Part shown: piece by piece, positions 1 to 11,950 of the stretch
How positions within the stretch are numbered: position 1 is the first letter of the stretch
How the letters are laid out: each line of letters opens with the position of its first letter
DNA from: Rhynchobatus australiae
Taxonomy: Eukaryota
Assembly (NCBI GenBank): GCA_034780895.1
Contig: JAUZTB010000001.1
Location: 106,177,204 to 106,241,203, forward strand
Direction of reading: 5' to 3'
Length of the DNA stretch: 64,000 nt
Made by a program: the position numbers and the translations under genes
The notes under the pieces: model-generated
Databases searched by the model: none
The model's input: only the letters and a program-made list of their open reading frames with translations
What the model was told of the DNA's origin: nothing

Positions 1-59
1 ATGCTACTTACTTGCTGAATATTTTCAGCATCATCTGTTTTTAATTTGGAGAGTCCTTG

Positions 60-235
60 GAATCCCCAAAGTTATTCCTTAATCAATCAAAAATGGGATA
101 CCTAGTCATTATCAAATTTAGTGGGAATTTACTGTGAGCAAATTACCAGCTTCAAAAATATCTCATTGACTCAAGTGTTTTAGGCATCCTGAAATGGATA
201 TAAAAGTGCTACATAAATTACAAGCAAATTTTTCT
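60..235 (+). mobile_element. DeuSINE (SacSINE1/AmnSINE1-like) 3' fragment, highly decayed
   Basis: Motif order gtcattatc..gtgggaatttactgtgagcaaatt..cttcaaaaa..cattg..catcctga..aaagtgctacataaat follows the Deu-domain 3' half and parallels 30231-30490 and 57170-57595. Confidence 0.55.
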
Positions 236-2169
236 TTTAACTCTCACATTTCAGCATGGACTTGGCAGTTCAGAAACATTCTGTGAGTCTCCATCCTGAA
301 ATTATAGGTTTTACTTTCCCTTTTTTTAGCCAATATTTTTACTCAAGCTGCAATTGTGAAGGAACTTCTCAAATGCTTTCTGAAGATCAGGATGCCACCC
401 AGTAACACAATGTTCATTTCTGATTCCATATGTTCTCATAATTTTGTTGGGTTGAACCTGTCCTATGTATTCCAATCAATTTTTGTGCTTTTATTCTGTT
501 ACATCACATGAAGGATATTGTAATTTGACATGATGGAAAATCTTATTCAGGCTGAGTGTGGGTTTCTGCATTTATAAAATAACTATTCATTGATTTTTGC
601 AACTTGCACACAGAAATAGTTCCTTCCTATCTGGGAACATGAAATCTTTTTCACTCTATCTTTCTCATCATGTTCTGTTACAGTTCCTTAACTCAGGTCC
701 AATTGTTCCATCTTTCCAGTTCTTTCATGTGCTGCACTGTACCAGGATTGCTCCTTTATTCTTTTCTAAATGTGTAGTTTTATAAACTCTTCAAAATTCT
801 TTGGTGTCATAGCCTGACTAGTGAATAATGGAGGATAATGAGAAGGTTTCTTTTCAATTTACATCATTTAAAATGGATAAAATTATGTTTAGGACAAATA
901 AAAATAGCTTCTCTTAATATATAGTGCCACAAAATTAAAACAAATTGTATTTCAGTAGAGTTGGTATAGCATGAACAATTAAGTCTTAGAAATTATAATA
1001 TTACCAAAAATACCTAAACCATTAACCCAATAATACTTGAATACAAAACGTCTGAAATACCCAACAGATCAGTTAGCATCAATGTAGAGAGAAAGAATTA
1101 ACATTGCAGATCAATGACTTCTCATCATTTTATCTAATCCATAGGGGAATCAAAAACATGTTCAATTTATCTTTTCTAAAAAAAACTCGTGCACGTTACT
1201 TAATAATGAAAATAAAGTTTAAAATAAAATCATTCAGTTTTAATATTTCAATCTGTATAACAGTTTGGCACCAGAAGAGTGCAGTTAATTATGTAGACCG
1301 CATTAATGGATTTGAGATGTACATGCTACTATAAGACTCTGATGTGTAATGTTGCTTGCTGTTGGCTCTCTGCTCTCAAGTAGCTAACAGCTATAAAAGC
1401 TTATGGTATCAAATATTAAATTGCATTTAATAAGATGTAAGATCAACTGGAATAATTCTAACTTTTTGCAAAGCATTGCCCTGTTGTTAGATTTGTATTT
1501 ATAGATATTCAGCAAACTAAAGTAAATTGAAATTAGATAAATGCACAGACACCTGATTTTTTTTGTCAGAAAATTTATTGATCTAACAATGTGCTGTTTA
1601 AATATTAATTGCTAAAGTGTCCCTTGAACATCATCATTTGAAAGTTTAATATTAAGTCATAGAACAGGCATCACCACTGTTAAATTTTACTGTGCACACA
1701 GTCAGATATTTCATTTACAATTAAATTTCCTCTTTCCACAGCTTCTGATTAATTTATGTTTAATTAACATCATTAGAAAGAAGAGAACTATTTTAAAGAA
1801 GCTCAGTATTCTAATGACAATATAAAATTCAGTTCTTACATTGTGATTTTTGCCACGCTTCACATTGTGTGACAATCATTCCTGGCCTGATGAATCTTTC
1901 AGTTTGTGTATACAGTACTTTCCTCTTCCTTATTACCTAACTTAATCACCACCAAAGTGATAATATGTTTGTAGCATGGGGCTAACACCACTGCAAACTA
2001 CTGTTACTTTCACTCAGCATGTTAATTTTCAACTTTAAATTAGTCTTTCAACAAGGATCATTATTGATGCCACTGTGACTGTTATTTTTAGTTGAAACAT
2101 CATGGTCATTTAAACAAATTAGTAGAGGTGAAAATTCGAAGTTAGCTAATCTTCTGGTGTAAGGAGACC

Positions 2170-3405
2170 AGTCATGCAGATATAGTCATACATCAGAGAA
2201 ACAGGCCCTTCAGCCCATCCCAGCCATCCACCTTTTTGCTCAGCTACTTGTCCCATTTGCCTGCATTAAATCTGTATCATTCTATGTTTGCCTATTTCAA
2301 ATGCCTGTCTAAATGTTTCATAAACACAGTGATTGTATCTGACTCCACCACCTCCACTGGCAGTACGTTCCAGATAGCAACTACTCTCTCTGTTCAAAAC
2401 AAAATTTAAAAAAACTTGCCCCTTGAATCCCCTTTAAAATTCCTACCTCTCACCTTAAACCTCTGCCTTCTTGCTATTGATACCCTTACTATGGTGAGAA
2501 AGATTCTGACTATCTACCCTATCTATGCCACTTTTAATTTTATATACCTCTTTCAGGTCACCTCTCAGCTTCCTTCATTCCAGGGAAAACAAGCCCAGCC
2601 CATCCAACCTCCCCCCATAACTAAAGTCCTCCAATCCAAACAATGTCCTGGTGAACCTCCTCTGCACTCTCTTCAGCATAATCACATCCTTCCCATAGTC
2701 TGTTGACCAGAACTACACGCACAGTACTCCAAGTGTGGTCTAACTAGTGTTTTGTACAGTTGCAACGTCATGTCCTAACTTTTAAATTCTATGCCCTGAC
2801 CTATGAAGGCAAGCCTGCCCTATGCCTATTTCACCACTCGATATACCAGTGTGGCCACTTTCAGTGAACTATGGACTTGTCCTACCAAGGTAGGGCACTA
2901 AGGAATGTTGAATGTTCATCAACATTCCTCAGTGCCCTACCATTTACTGCATATGGCCTACCCCTATTTGACTTTTCAAAATACATCACCATGCAGTTGC
3001 TGGGATTAAGTTCCATCTGCCATTGCTCCGCTCAGCTTTCCATCTGATCTATATCCTCCTATCTTAGACAACCTTACTCACTGCTTCCAGCACCACCAAT
3101 TTCCATGTCATCTGCAAAGTTACTCATCCTTCTTCCTACATTTACATCCAAATTGTTATTATATATATATTAAACAAGGGTCCCAGCACCGATCACTGCA
3201 GTACACCACGGATCATGGATTTCCAATCTGAAAAGAAACCCTCCACCACCACCACCTCCCTCCTGTCACCAAGTTAATTTTGAATTCAATTAGCCAGCTT
3301 GCCTTGGATCCCCTGTAACTTAACCTTCTGGACCGGCCTACCATCTGAGACCTTGTCAAATGCCTTACTAAAGGCCATATAGGCAACATCTACTGCCCTG
3401 CCTTC
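2170..3405 (-). mobile_element. CR1 LINE, older copy, 3' part (continues at 4552-4757)
   Basis: CR1 3'UTR (catcagagaaacaggcccttcagccc) followed by decayed ORF2 RT sequence on the minus strand. It resumes after a nested insertion. Confidence 0.85.
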
Positions 3406-4551
3406 ACAAGATCACAAGACAAAGGAGCAGAAGTAGGCCATTTGGCCCAACAAATCTGCTCCATGAGCTAAACTAATACTATCCCAATCCAGCCCCAATT
3501 TCCAGCCTTATCCCCATATCACTTGATACCTTGACTAATTAGATACCTATTTATCTCCTCCTTAAACGCTCCCAATGATTGGGCCTCCACAGCTGTATGT
3601 GGCAAAGAATTCCATAATTTCACTACCCTCTGGCTAAAGAAATATCTCTTCATTTCTGTTTTAAACTGGTACCCTCTAATTCTAAGATTGTGCCCTCTAG
3701 TCCTGGACTCACCCATCAGGGGAAACAGCTTAACCACATCCACTCTGTCCAGTCCTTTCAACATTCTAAATGTTTCTATGCAGTCCCCTCTCATTCTTCT
3801 GTACTTCAATGAATACAGTCCAAGAGCTGACAATCGCTCATCATAGGTAAGCCCTTTCATTCCAGGAATCATCCTCATAAATCTTTTCTGAACCCTCTCC
3901 AACATCAGTACATCCTTCCTAAGNNNNNNNNNNNNNNNNNNNNNNNNNNNNNNNNNNNNNNNNNNNNNNNNNNNNNNNNNNNNNNNNNNNNNNNNNNNNN
4001 NNNNNNNNNNNNNNNNNNNNNNNAGGGTATCCTGCACGAGGATTCCCAAGTCCCTTTGCATCTCTGAATTTTCTCCCCACCTAGATAATAATCTGCCCGT
4101 TCATTTCTTCTTCCTAAGTGTACAACTGCACATTTTTCAACATTATATTTCATCTGCCATTTTTTTGCCCATTCTCCGAAACTGTCCAAGTCTCTCTGCA
4201 ACCTTTCTGTTTCTTCAACACTTCCTGTTCCTCCACCTATCTCAGTGTCATCTACAAACTTGGCCTCAAACCATTTATAAACCATTTACAAACCATTTAT
4301 TCCATAACCTAAATCATCAATATACAGTGTAAAAAGAAGCAGCCCCAACACCGACCCCTGCGGAACACCACTGGTAACCGGTAGCCAACCAGAACAGGAT
4401 CCCTTTATTCCCACCCTTTGACTTCTGGCTAACAGCCAGTGCTCCACCTATTCCAATACCCTACCTGTAATTCCATGAGCTCTCATCTTATTAATCAGCC
4501 TCTTGTGCGGTACCTTGTCGAAGGCCTTTTGAAAGTCTAAATACACAACAT
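3406..4551 (-). mobile_element. CR1 LINE, younger subfamily, nested in the older CR1
   Basis: ORFs 3519-4061 (LERVQKRFMRMIPG..RTRGH..FFSQRVVKLWNSLP) and 3905-4285 (KFVDDT..LQRDLD..WQMKYN) are CR1 ORF2. The tail cacaagatcacaagac is the reverse complement of the tail at about 20305-20323. Confidence 0.92.
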
Positions 4552-4757
4552 CAGTTATCACCTCAAGAACTCAATTGGGTTAATGAGATAGTATTTCCCC
4601 TGCACAAAGCTATGCTGACTATCCCTGAGCAGTCCTTAACTTTCCAAATGTTCACAATGCTATCCTTCAGAAATTTCTCCAATAATTTCCCTACCACTGG
4701 TGTAAGATTCACTGGCCTGCAGTTATCTGGCTTATCCCTGCTGCCCTTCTTAAATAG
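4552..4757 (-). mobile_element. CR1 LINE, upstream continuation of the 2170-3405 copy
   Basis: Translates to LFKKGSRDKPDNCRPVNLTPVVGKLLEK, the start of the CR1 RT domain. Confidence 0.85.
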
Positions 4758-5389
4758 AGTTGAGGTCAGAAATGATAGGATCAAGAGAAGGAATTTGTAC
4801 AGGATGAGATGCAAGTCACACACTCCTGGATTAATTGGAATTTATGTGGGATGAACATACAAGCTAAATGCTATCTTGAACCTGTTATATTTTCTGTACA
4901 GAGCAGTGTCCATCCTTTGCTTGCAGTTTTTGCTGTGATGAGCATTTCAGAGAATTTAAGAAACTGAAACCACATTCATTATTCTTTGCAACTGTACTTC
5001 AATGCACGGAAGCTTTGCAACCACTTATAACGCTTTTATTTTCACGGCCAGTAGGCAATTTCATAATCTTGTTCAGATGCTGTAAAATGCTGCTCTGAAA
5101 ATATAGCTGCATGATACTGCTGTTCACTTTTGTTCAATTCACATGACTCCAGTTTCATCACATGTTGGGTGGGTTTGATTACTGTTGGTGTTTAACCCTA
5201 TAAATTGCATGCCATGGAGTACATTACATAAAATGTACTACACATTAAGATACTAATGACATAACATCTATTTCAGTGCATATTATACTGTGTTATTTTT
5301 TTCCAGAGTAAGAGCTTGGAATTGAGATTAATGGCATAACTCTTCTAATGACCGGTACAGGCATGATCGGCCAAATTTCCTCCTTTCTT

Positions 5390-6252
5390 GGAGACACAAG
5401 AGACTGCAGATGCTGGAATCTGGAGCAACAAACAATTTGCTGGAGGAACTCCATAGGTCAAATAGCATCTGTGGGGTGAAAGGACTGAGAGGGGAGATGG
5501 CCAGTGTAAAGTGGAGAGGGGAAGTGGTGAGACAGGAACCCGTGGTAATTGGTGGACTGAGGAGGGGGGGTGAAAGATGATGGGCAGCTTCAGCAAGGTA
5601 GGGGAGGGTAGAAGGGTGGAGTTGGGAGACAGGAGCAGATGGATGATAGAGAGAGGCAGAGAGAGGGAAGAAAGAACAAGGTGGGAGGAGAAGAAGCTGA
5701 ATGTTGGAGACAGCTGCTGGAGGGAGATGAGCAGGAACACAAAGGGCTACCAGTGTTGGAATCTGATAAGCAAAGGAGGTCAGAATGGGAGCCCTTAGGG
5801 GAGAGGTGAATGGCAGATAGAACCAAAACCACGCTGGGTTTCTGGTGACACTTCCTTTTACTTATCAGATTACAACTCTGGTAGCCCTTTGTGTTCCTGC
5901 TTCTCATCCTCCAGAAGTGGTTTCCAACATTCAGCCTTTCCTCCTCCCACCTCGTTCCATTGGCCTCTTAAATTTTTCCTTTTTGTTTGCCTCCATCTAT
6001 CATCCACCTGCCACAGTCTCCCAACTCCACCCCCCCCCTCCCCTACCCGACACGACCTGTCTGTCATCTTTCACCCCTCCTCAATCCACCAATCACCTCG
6101 GGCCCCTGTTTCACCACTCCCCCTCTCTTTATACCGGCCATCATCCCCCTCCACTCTCAGTCCTGATTCAGGGTTTTGAACTGAAGTATCAACAGTTCCT
6201 TTCCCCCCCCCCACAGATGCGACTTGATCCGGCGAGTTCCTCCAGTAGACTG
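5390..6252 (-). mobile_element. Penelope-like element (PLE) terminal repeat in fold-back arrangement, with 11-bp target duplication
   Basis: 5390-5825 and about 5850-6252 are inverted copies of the same pLTR-type sequence. Flanks are cctcctttctt (5379-5389) and cctcctttcct (6253-6263). Confidence 0.8.
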
Positions 6253-7439
6253 CCTCCTTTCCTGCTGTATTTCATTCCACTCTGTCATTGGCCTCTCACA
6301 CTGCTCTGTGATCTTGTAATTTAATTGAGACTGAATTCATGCACTTGCATCATCACTGCTGGGATTTTGTAAATTTAGTACTGAATTGGCAAGTGTTTGT
6401 TGCACTCTGCCTTCAACAATCATATGGAGTAACATTATTAGAGGTATCTAGTAATAGGGACACTGAACATTGCTTTTCATATAATATCTGCAAACTCATC
6501 TATTCTGCTTGTTGCTGCAAGACTATTTTTGACTGGACTGGGTCATACTGATCTTTAGTTGGTGCTTCCACAGAGAACTGCCTGATAACTGCAGTGTGCA
6601 TGTCGGCTGCTTCCTAAGACCCACACCAGTGCTTTGCAATGGGGAAGTAAGAAGGAAGCTGGAGATCTGATGCCGGTGCTTCCATTTTGTGAGTCCATTG
6701 CAGAGTACGAACACCCTCGGTTGATGGGCTGGATCATGTGATGATTGGCATACAGAGCAGCCCTCCATTCATTGGAACAGGATCACCAATCTTGATTGAA
6801 AAGGCATGTACAGATAAGTTTTTAAATTTAACTTAATGATTTTAATTCCAGCATTTAAAAATATTTTAAGTATTTTTGAAAATAATTATTATTTTGTTTT
6901 AACTGTTTAAATACAAGTGAAGAGTTTTTAGACGGTGCTGAACATCAACAAACCGAGGCTCCGTTGCCCCTCAAGAGCTGCTCCACCTGGCAGGACACTC
7001 ACAGCATCGAGACTTCCTGCTCGGTGAACCCAAGGAGTCACACAAAGTTAAAGAACAGCTGTAGGGAAAAAAGTGAGAAGCAAGTATGGCTTGACGGCCT
7101 CATCTTGCACAATCTGGCTCAATATTCAATTTCTTGAGATTTCCATTTTCATTATCATATTGACCCATGTGTGATATACCAGTTATTCTTGATAAGCTGG
7201 AAATAAACTCTTCCTAAGCCAACCAATACCTGCAACTCACCATGGCTTCCAGAAACAGTCACTCATTTTTCTTCCTCTTTTCGACTAAAACTCATTGCGG
7301 ATTCACAGAATAAAACTATCAATAAATTAACTTAAACAAACTATTTAATCAATCTTCAACATTCAACTTGGAGTATTGAATTAGTTCAGTCTCTTTGCCA
7401 AAATAAATTGCTCTAAAATTAATCTAATTGAATTCTTCT

Positions 7440-8860
7440 ATCAGTCTGTGGAGAGAAACAGAGTTGATGTTTCAGATTGATGACCTTGCATCAGAACTAG
7501 GAAACATTAGAAATCAAATATATTTTAAGTTGCAGAGAGAGAGGAGAGATGGATAGAATAAAGGGAATATCTGAGGTTATGTAGAGACCAAAAGAGATTG
7601 AATACTGCAAGAGGTAGTGATGCTGGCTTTCCATTCCACTTATATTCTGGACTCAAAATGAAAATCAAAAAATCTGCAGATATTGGAAATCTAACATTAA
7701 AAATAGAAAATGCTGGAAACGCACAGCAGGTCAGGCAGTTAAGCACCATTTAAGGGCAAAGACCCTTCATCAGAACCTGGAAAGTGAGAAAACTAGTTAG
7801 TTTTAAATTGCAGAGAAGATTTGGAGAGGGATGCTTCGGACAAAGGAAATACTTCTGCTAGGATGAAGCCAGCTTATCCCCAGGGCCCTTGGTTTCACCC
7901 CACCAGAGATATTCCCTTTATTGTATCTATTCCTCCCCACAGTCCCTGCATCTTGATAACAACTTGTTTTCTTTCCTTCCTATCTCTGACAAAGGCTCTT
8001 TGACATGAAATGCAAACACTTTTTCTCTTTCCACGTGTGCTATTTGATCTTCTGTGTGTTTTGTTTTTATTCCACTCTGAACACCGTGTCTTTGGTCTCT
8101 CGCGCTATTCTAACTCAGCCCAAGGTAAACTGGAGGAACAGCTTTTCAGCTTATGGCTGGGAATGCTACAGTCCTTGGGAACTCAACAATGAATTCTACA
8201 ATTTCAGATAACCTGCTTTTACAATTTATGTGACAACTGGCTAGATCCTGATGGAAGGTCAACAGTCTGCAGCATTAATCCGGTTTTTCTCTCTCCTGAT
8301 CTGGTGGGTATTTCCAGCATTCTACAACTGCTGTGTTCTGCATCTCAAAGTTCCAGCATTTTTTTTACCAAGAGTATAATTTGTTCTCTCTTGTTCTCCA
8401 CTTTATCACAGATATTGTCTTGTTCTCTCTCTCCCTCCTCCTCCTCCTCCTCCTCTGCAACATAAAACATTTTGTTTTCTAACTCTTCCTTGTTCTGTTG
8501 AAGGATTATTGATCTGAAAAATCATCTGTACTTGTTTCTACACAAACGCTGTCTAATCTTTCATAGAAACATAGAAACAGAGAAACCTACAGCACAATTC
8601 AGGCCCTTCGGCCCACAAAGCTGTGCCGAACATGTCCCTACCCTAGAAATGACTAGGCTCACCCATAGCCCTCTATTTTTCTTAGCTCCATGTGCCTATC
8701 CAACAGTCTCTTAACAGAGCCTATCGTATCTGTCTCCACCACTGTTGCTGGCAGCCCATTCCATGCACTCACCACTCTCTGAATAAAAACTAACACCAAA
8801 AATGTTATTTTTATTTCAGACTCCAAGTATCTGCATTTTTTTTTGCTTTTTGATTTCTTC
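7440..8860. mobile_element. Cluster of Penelope-like termini in both orientations, with GIY-YIG endonuclease C-terminal remnant at about 8075-8211
   Basis: The frameshifted peptide VFGLSRYSNSAQGKLEEQLFSLWLGMLQ..LNNEFYNFR* resembles the PLE GIY-YIG C-terminus (LEEQ..F.LG.L.P.GLN). Several ctgatg..gaaa pLTR motifs are present. A CR1 3' end interrupts at 8562-8790. Confidence 0.75.
8562..8790 (-). mobile_element. CR1 LINE 3' end
   Basis: catagaaacatagaaac tail followed by caggcccttcggcccac. Same subfamily as 34984-35130. Confidence 0.85.
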
Positions 8861-9376
8861 TATCTTCTTGTGATGAACATTTAGTTCAGGTAATTTTCTC
8901 TTTGCCACATCATTACCTGTACACCTTGTTTATAAATAAAAAATATTAATTTTGGATATACTCTACACAATTAGAGTAATATCTTGGTTGATAGCTATCA
9001 CTTTTTAACAATCCTTTGGTTTGATAAATTATTCTTTATTAATGCATCTCCTTTTTGATACAAACAATGATGCAGTTATTTGCTTTTATTCACTTTGAGT
9101 GCATAGGAACACATGTAACTTTTCTCTTCGTCCATTTTTTATATTTTCGTCTTTTTTTTGTGTGTGTTATCACTGTATGATTTCAACCTTGAAGTTTTGG
9201 CACAGCCTCTATTTGAATAGTCTTTTCTGCAGTTCATTTACTGCAACTCATTGCACGGCTTGGCTTGAATGTGCTGCTTTTGTGAAATCTGTTATTATTG
9301 TGCTATTAAATCTATTAATTAAGGGGCATTTTGTCCCCGTGCTCATTTAATGCAATTGTCCTCTTTTGTGTTGCAG

Positions 9377-9470
9377 AGATGTGCACACTGGTTGAGAATT
9401 TCTTTGGAGCTGCTTTGGCTCAACAACCATAATTTTAACAGAAATATAGTGAAAAATCCATTTTTTGGAT
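9377..9470 (+). other. Candidate isolated exon (94 nt), gene unknown
   Basis: Acceptor ctcttttgtgttgcag, donor GAT|gtaagt. Only one frame is open (RCAHWLRISLELLWLNNHNFNRNIVKNPFFG). No recognisable protein. Confidence 0.25.
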
Positions 9471-10164
9471 GTAAGTAGTACAATGGAAACATGACCCTTT
9501 CAGAATTCAGTTTCAAATGTCATTCAGCAGCAAATGTGGAAAAATGAAACAGTTAATGTTTTGGTTTAAGGACCCTTTGTTAGAATTGGGGAGGCTGGTT
9601 AGTATCAAGCTAGTACCAAGTTCTTGTGTTTGAAAGAGCTGAGCTAGGGGTCCAGGAGTTTAGAGTTTGGGGCTCCTTTGATCCAGCATCACTGTGGAGG
9701 CTGATGAATTGGTATTTATCAGCAACGGAGGCAGAGATGAGGCTGAGATCAGAGTTCTGGGATCACAATGTGGCACACTGGTTTGTGCCATTTTCCAGGA
9801 TTTCAGTAAACTTTACGAAAGAACATTGCTAGCTGGTTCCTGGAATGGCTCTCCATCTCTTTCTTTCCCACAAATGCATGGACACACATCTTTTCATAAA
9901 CACACACAAGATAGGAATTCAGCTTGGTGCTACTGTAACCTGGGCAATAATGTCTTAGCAGTCATTTTCATACACAGCTTTTTTTTTTCATCCTGAATGT
10001 TGGGATCGATAATGTTCTGCCAAAGCAGTCTTAAGTTAAATAATCTTTTGTTTTGATTTCATATTGGTGCACTTCCATTTCATGCTTTCTAATCTCTGAT
10101 TCCAGCTTCTTTCATCCCTCCCTCCTGCTTCACCACTGATGGCCATTGTCGTATTACTCAACAT

Positions 10165-10550
10165 CTAGTCACATGTACATTGAAACACAGTGAAATTCAT
10201 CTTTTTGCGCATAGAGTGTTCTTGGAGCAGCCTGCAAGTGTCGTCACGCTTCTGGCACCAACATAGCAATGCCCACAACTTCCTAACCCGTACGTCTTTG
10301 GAACATGGGAGGAAACCCCTGCAGACACAGGGAGAACGTACAAACTTGTCCCAGATTCCGCCATTCAGCTACACATTAGGGATAATGTACAATGTCCAAT
10401 TATCCTAACAGCCCGCATGTGTTTGGGACCAAAGCAACCAGAGGAAACCTTGCAGTTACATGGAGAACTTCCAAGCTCTATGCAGACAGCACCCGAGGTC
10501 AGGATTGAACCTGAGTCTCCGGTATTGTGAGGCAGACAACTGTGCCACCC
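10165..10550 (-). mobile_element. Two adjacent or nested V-SINE fragments
   Basis: 10165-10345 matches the 3' part of the 11060 family. 10370-10550 carries a reverse-complement B-box (aggattgaacc) and V-domain-like gaggaaacc. Confidence 0.75.
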
Positions 10551-11059
10551 CTTGTTTTAATTCACATTTCCTTACATACTATTTTGCATCTATTTCATCT
10601 CTGTAAAGTGCCTTGAAAGATTTTCAATGGTATTGTCTCTACAAATGCAGCTATTGCTGCTGTTGTATTTCCATCAGCCTTTCTTCTAAAATTCAACTGA
10701 TGTGCCCTCTTCCTTCATAATTAGGCATTGGATTATTTTTGCGACTGTTCTCTGGATAATGTAAGAAAGAAGGTAAAAGTTAGATAAAAATATACCAAGC
10801 TGTGAATTGTGTTTTATTCACTATCCAAATTTTCCTTCAGAGGTTTGTGGAATCATCCACAGTAACACTGCCAGCTGATAGCCCACCATCCAGCTCCTAT
10901 GGAAGGCATGATTCTTCCAGTCAGCGTTTCTCAACAGCTGGCATGTCAACATTCTGCAAAAGTGATCAATTAATGTTTAGCTAAGCTTCACGTCATATGA
11001 GCTGTGTGTAGCCACATTTAACCTAACAGCTCTACGCTGCACTCTAGTTACTGGGATGT

Positions 11060-11354
11060 TAAGATAAGACATCTTTATTAGTCACGTGTACATTGAAACA
11101 CACAGTGAAATATTTCTTTTGCGTAGAGCATTCTGAGGGCAGCCCGCAAGTGTCGCCATGCTTCCGCCGCCAACATAGCACGCCCACAACTTCCTAACCC
11201 GCACGTCTTTGGAATGTGGGAGGAAACTGGAGCATCTGGAGGAAACCCACACAGACAGGGGAAGAATGTAGAAGCTCCTTACAGACAGCGGCTGGAATTG
11301 AACCCGGGTCGCTGATGCTGTAAAAGCGTTATGCTAACTGCTACACTACCGTGC
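11060..11354 (-). mobile_element. tRNA-derived V-SINE (HE1-like), full length
   Basis: The reverse complement shows A-box ggtagtgtagcag, B-box ggttcaattcc, V-domain gggtttcctccag..gtttcctcccaca and 3' tail gtacacgtgactaataaa. Confidence 0.9.
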
Positions 11355-11469
11355 TACTGATGTTAATGATGAATCCCCTGTTCATCAAATGGTATCTGAA
11401 TGATTCATTAAACTAAGACATTAATCAATACAGCAGTGCTTCAAATTTATTTAAAACATCATTTGGCCA

Positions 11470-11950
11470 AGGCAGCCTACCAGCTACAGTGATCTAGTTT
11501 CAATTTTGATCTCCTGTGCTGGCTGTGTGGAGTTTGCATGTTCTCCCTGTGGCTACATGGATATCCTCTGGGTGTTCTGGTTTCCACCCACATGCCAAAG
11601 ATTTTGGCAGGTTAATTGGACAGGGTAAATTGACCCTAATGTGTAGGCAAGTGACAGAATCAATGTGGTTAACCTTCCTTCAGAGCTGCAACATTCTAGT
11701 AGTAATTATTGAATCCCTTGTCATCCAATGTTTACATTTGAAGAAACTGGAATGATGGGGCATACAGCATATTCAGGAATAGGCGAAATTTATTAAGTCT
11801 ACAGATTAGTTTGGGGCTGTTTAGGAAACACTGAGCATCTGACAAGTGACAATAAATGATTGGAGTGTTGGGGCAATAAAAAGTGGGATTAATGCAAATG
11901 GGTGCTTGATGGTTGGCTGGGGCAGAAAGGCTTGATTCTTTACTGTATGA
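11470..11950 (+). mobile_element. V-SINE with CR1-type tail, split by a 177-bp insertion at 11661-11837
   Basis: Head and V-domain at 11470-11660 (ggagtttgcatgttctccctgtg..). Tail at 11840-11950 (aaatgggtgcttgatggttggc..ctgtatga). Confidence 0.7.

Noticed and set aside
3519-4285. Longest ORFs (180 and 126 aa) as host genes
   Set aside because: They are frameshifted CR1 ORF2 fragments that span an N gap.
4268-4300. aaaccattta(t/c) x3
   Set aside because: Ordinary short tandem slippage inside a CR1.
5345-6324. Overlapping Pro/Ser/Leu-rich ORFs on both strands
   Set aside because: They arise from purine/pyrimidine-skewed PLE terminal sequence and show no protein features.
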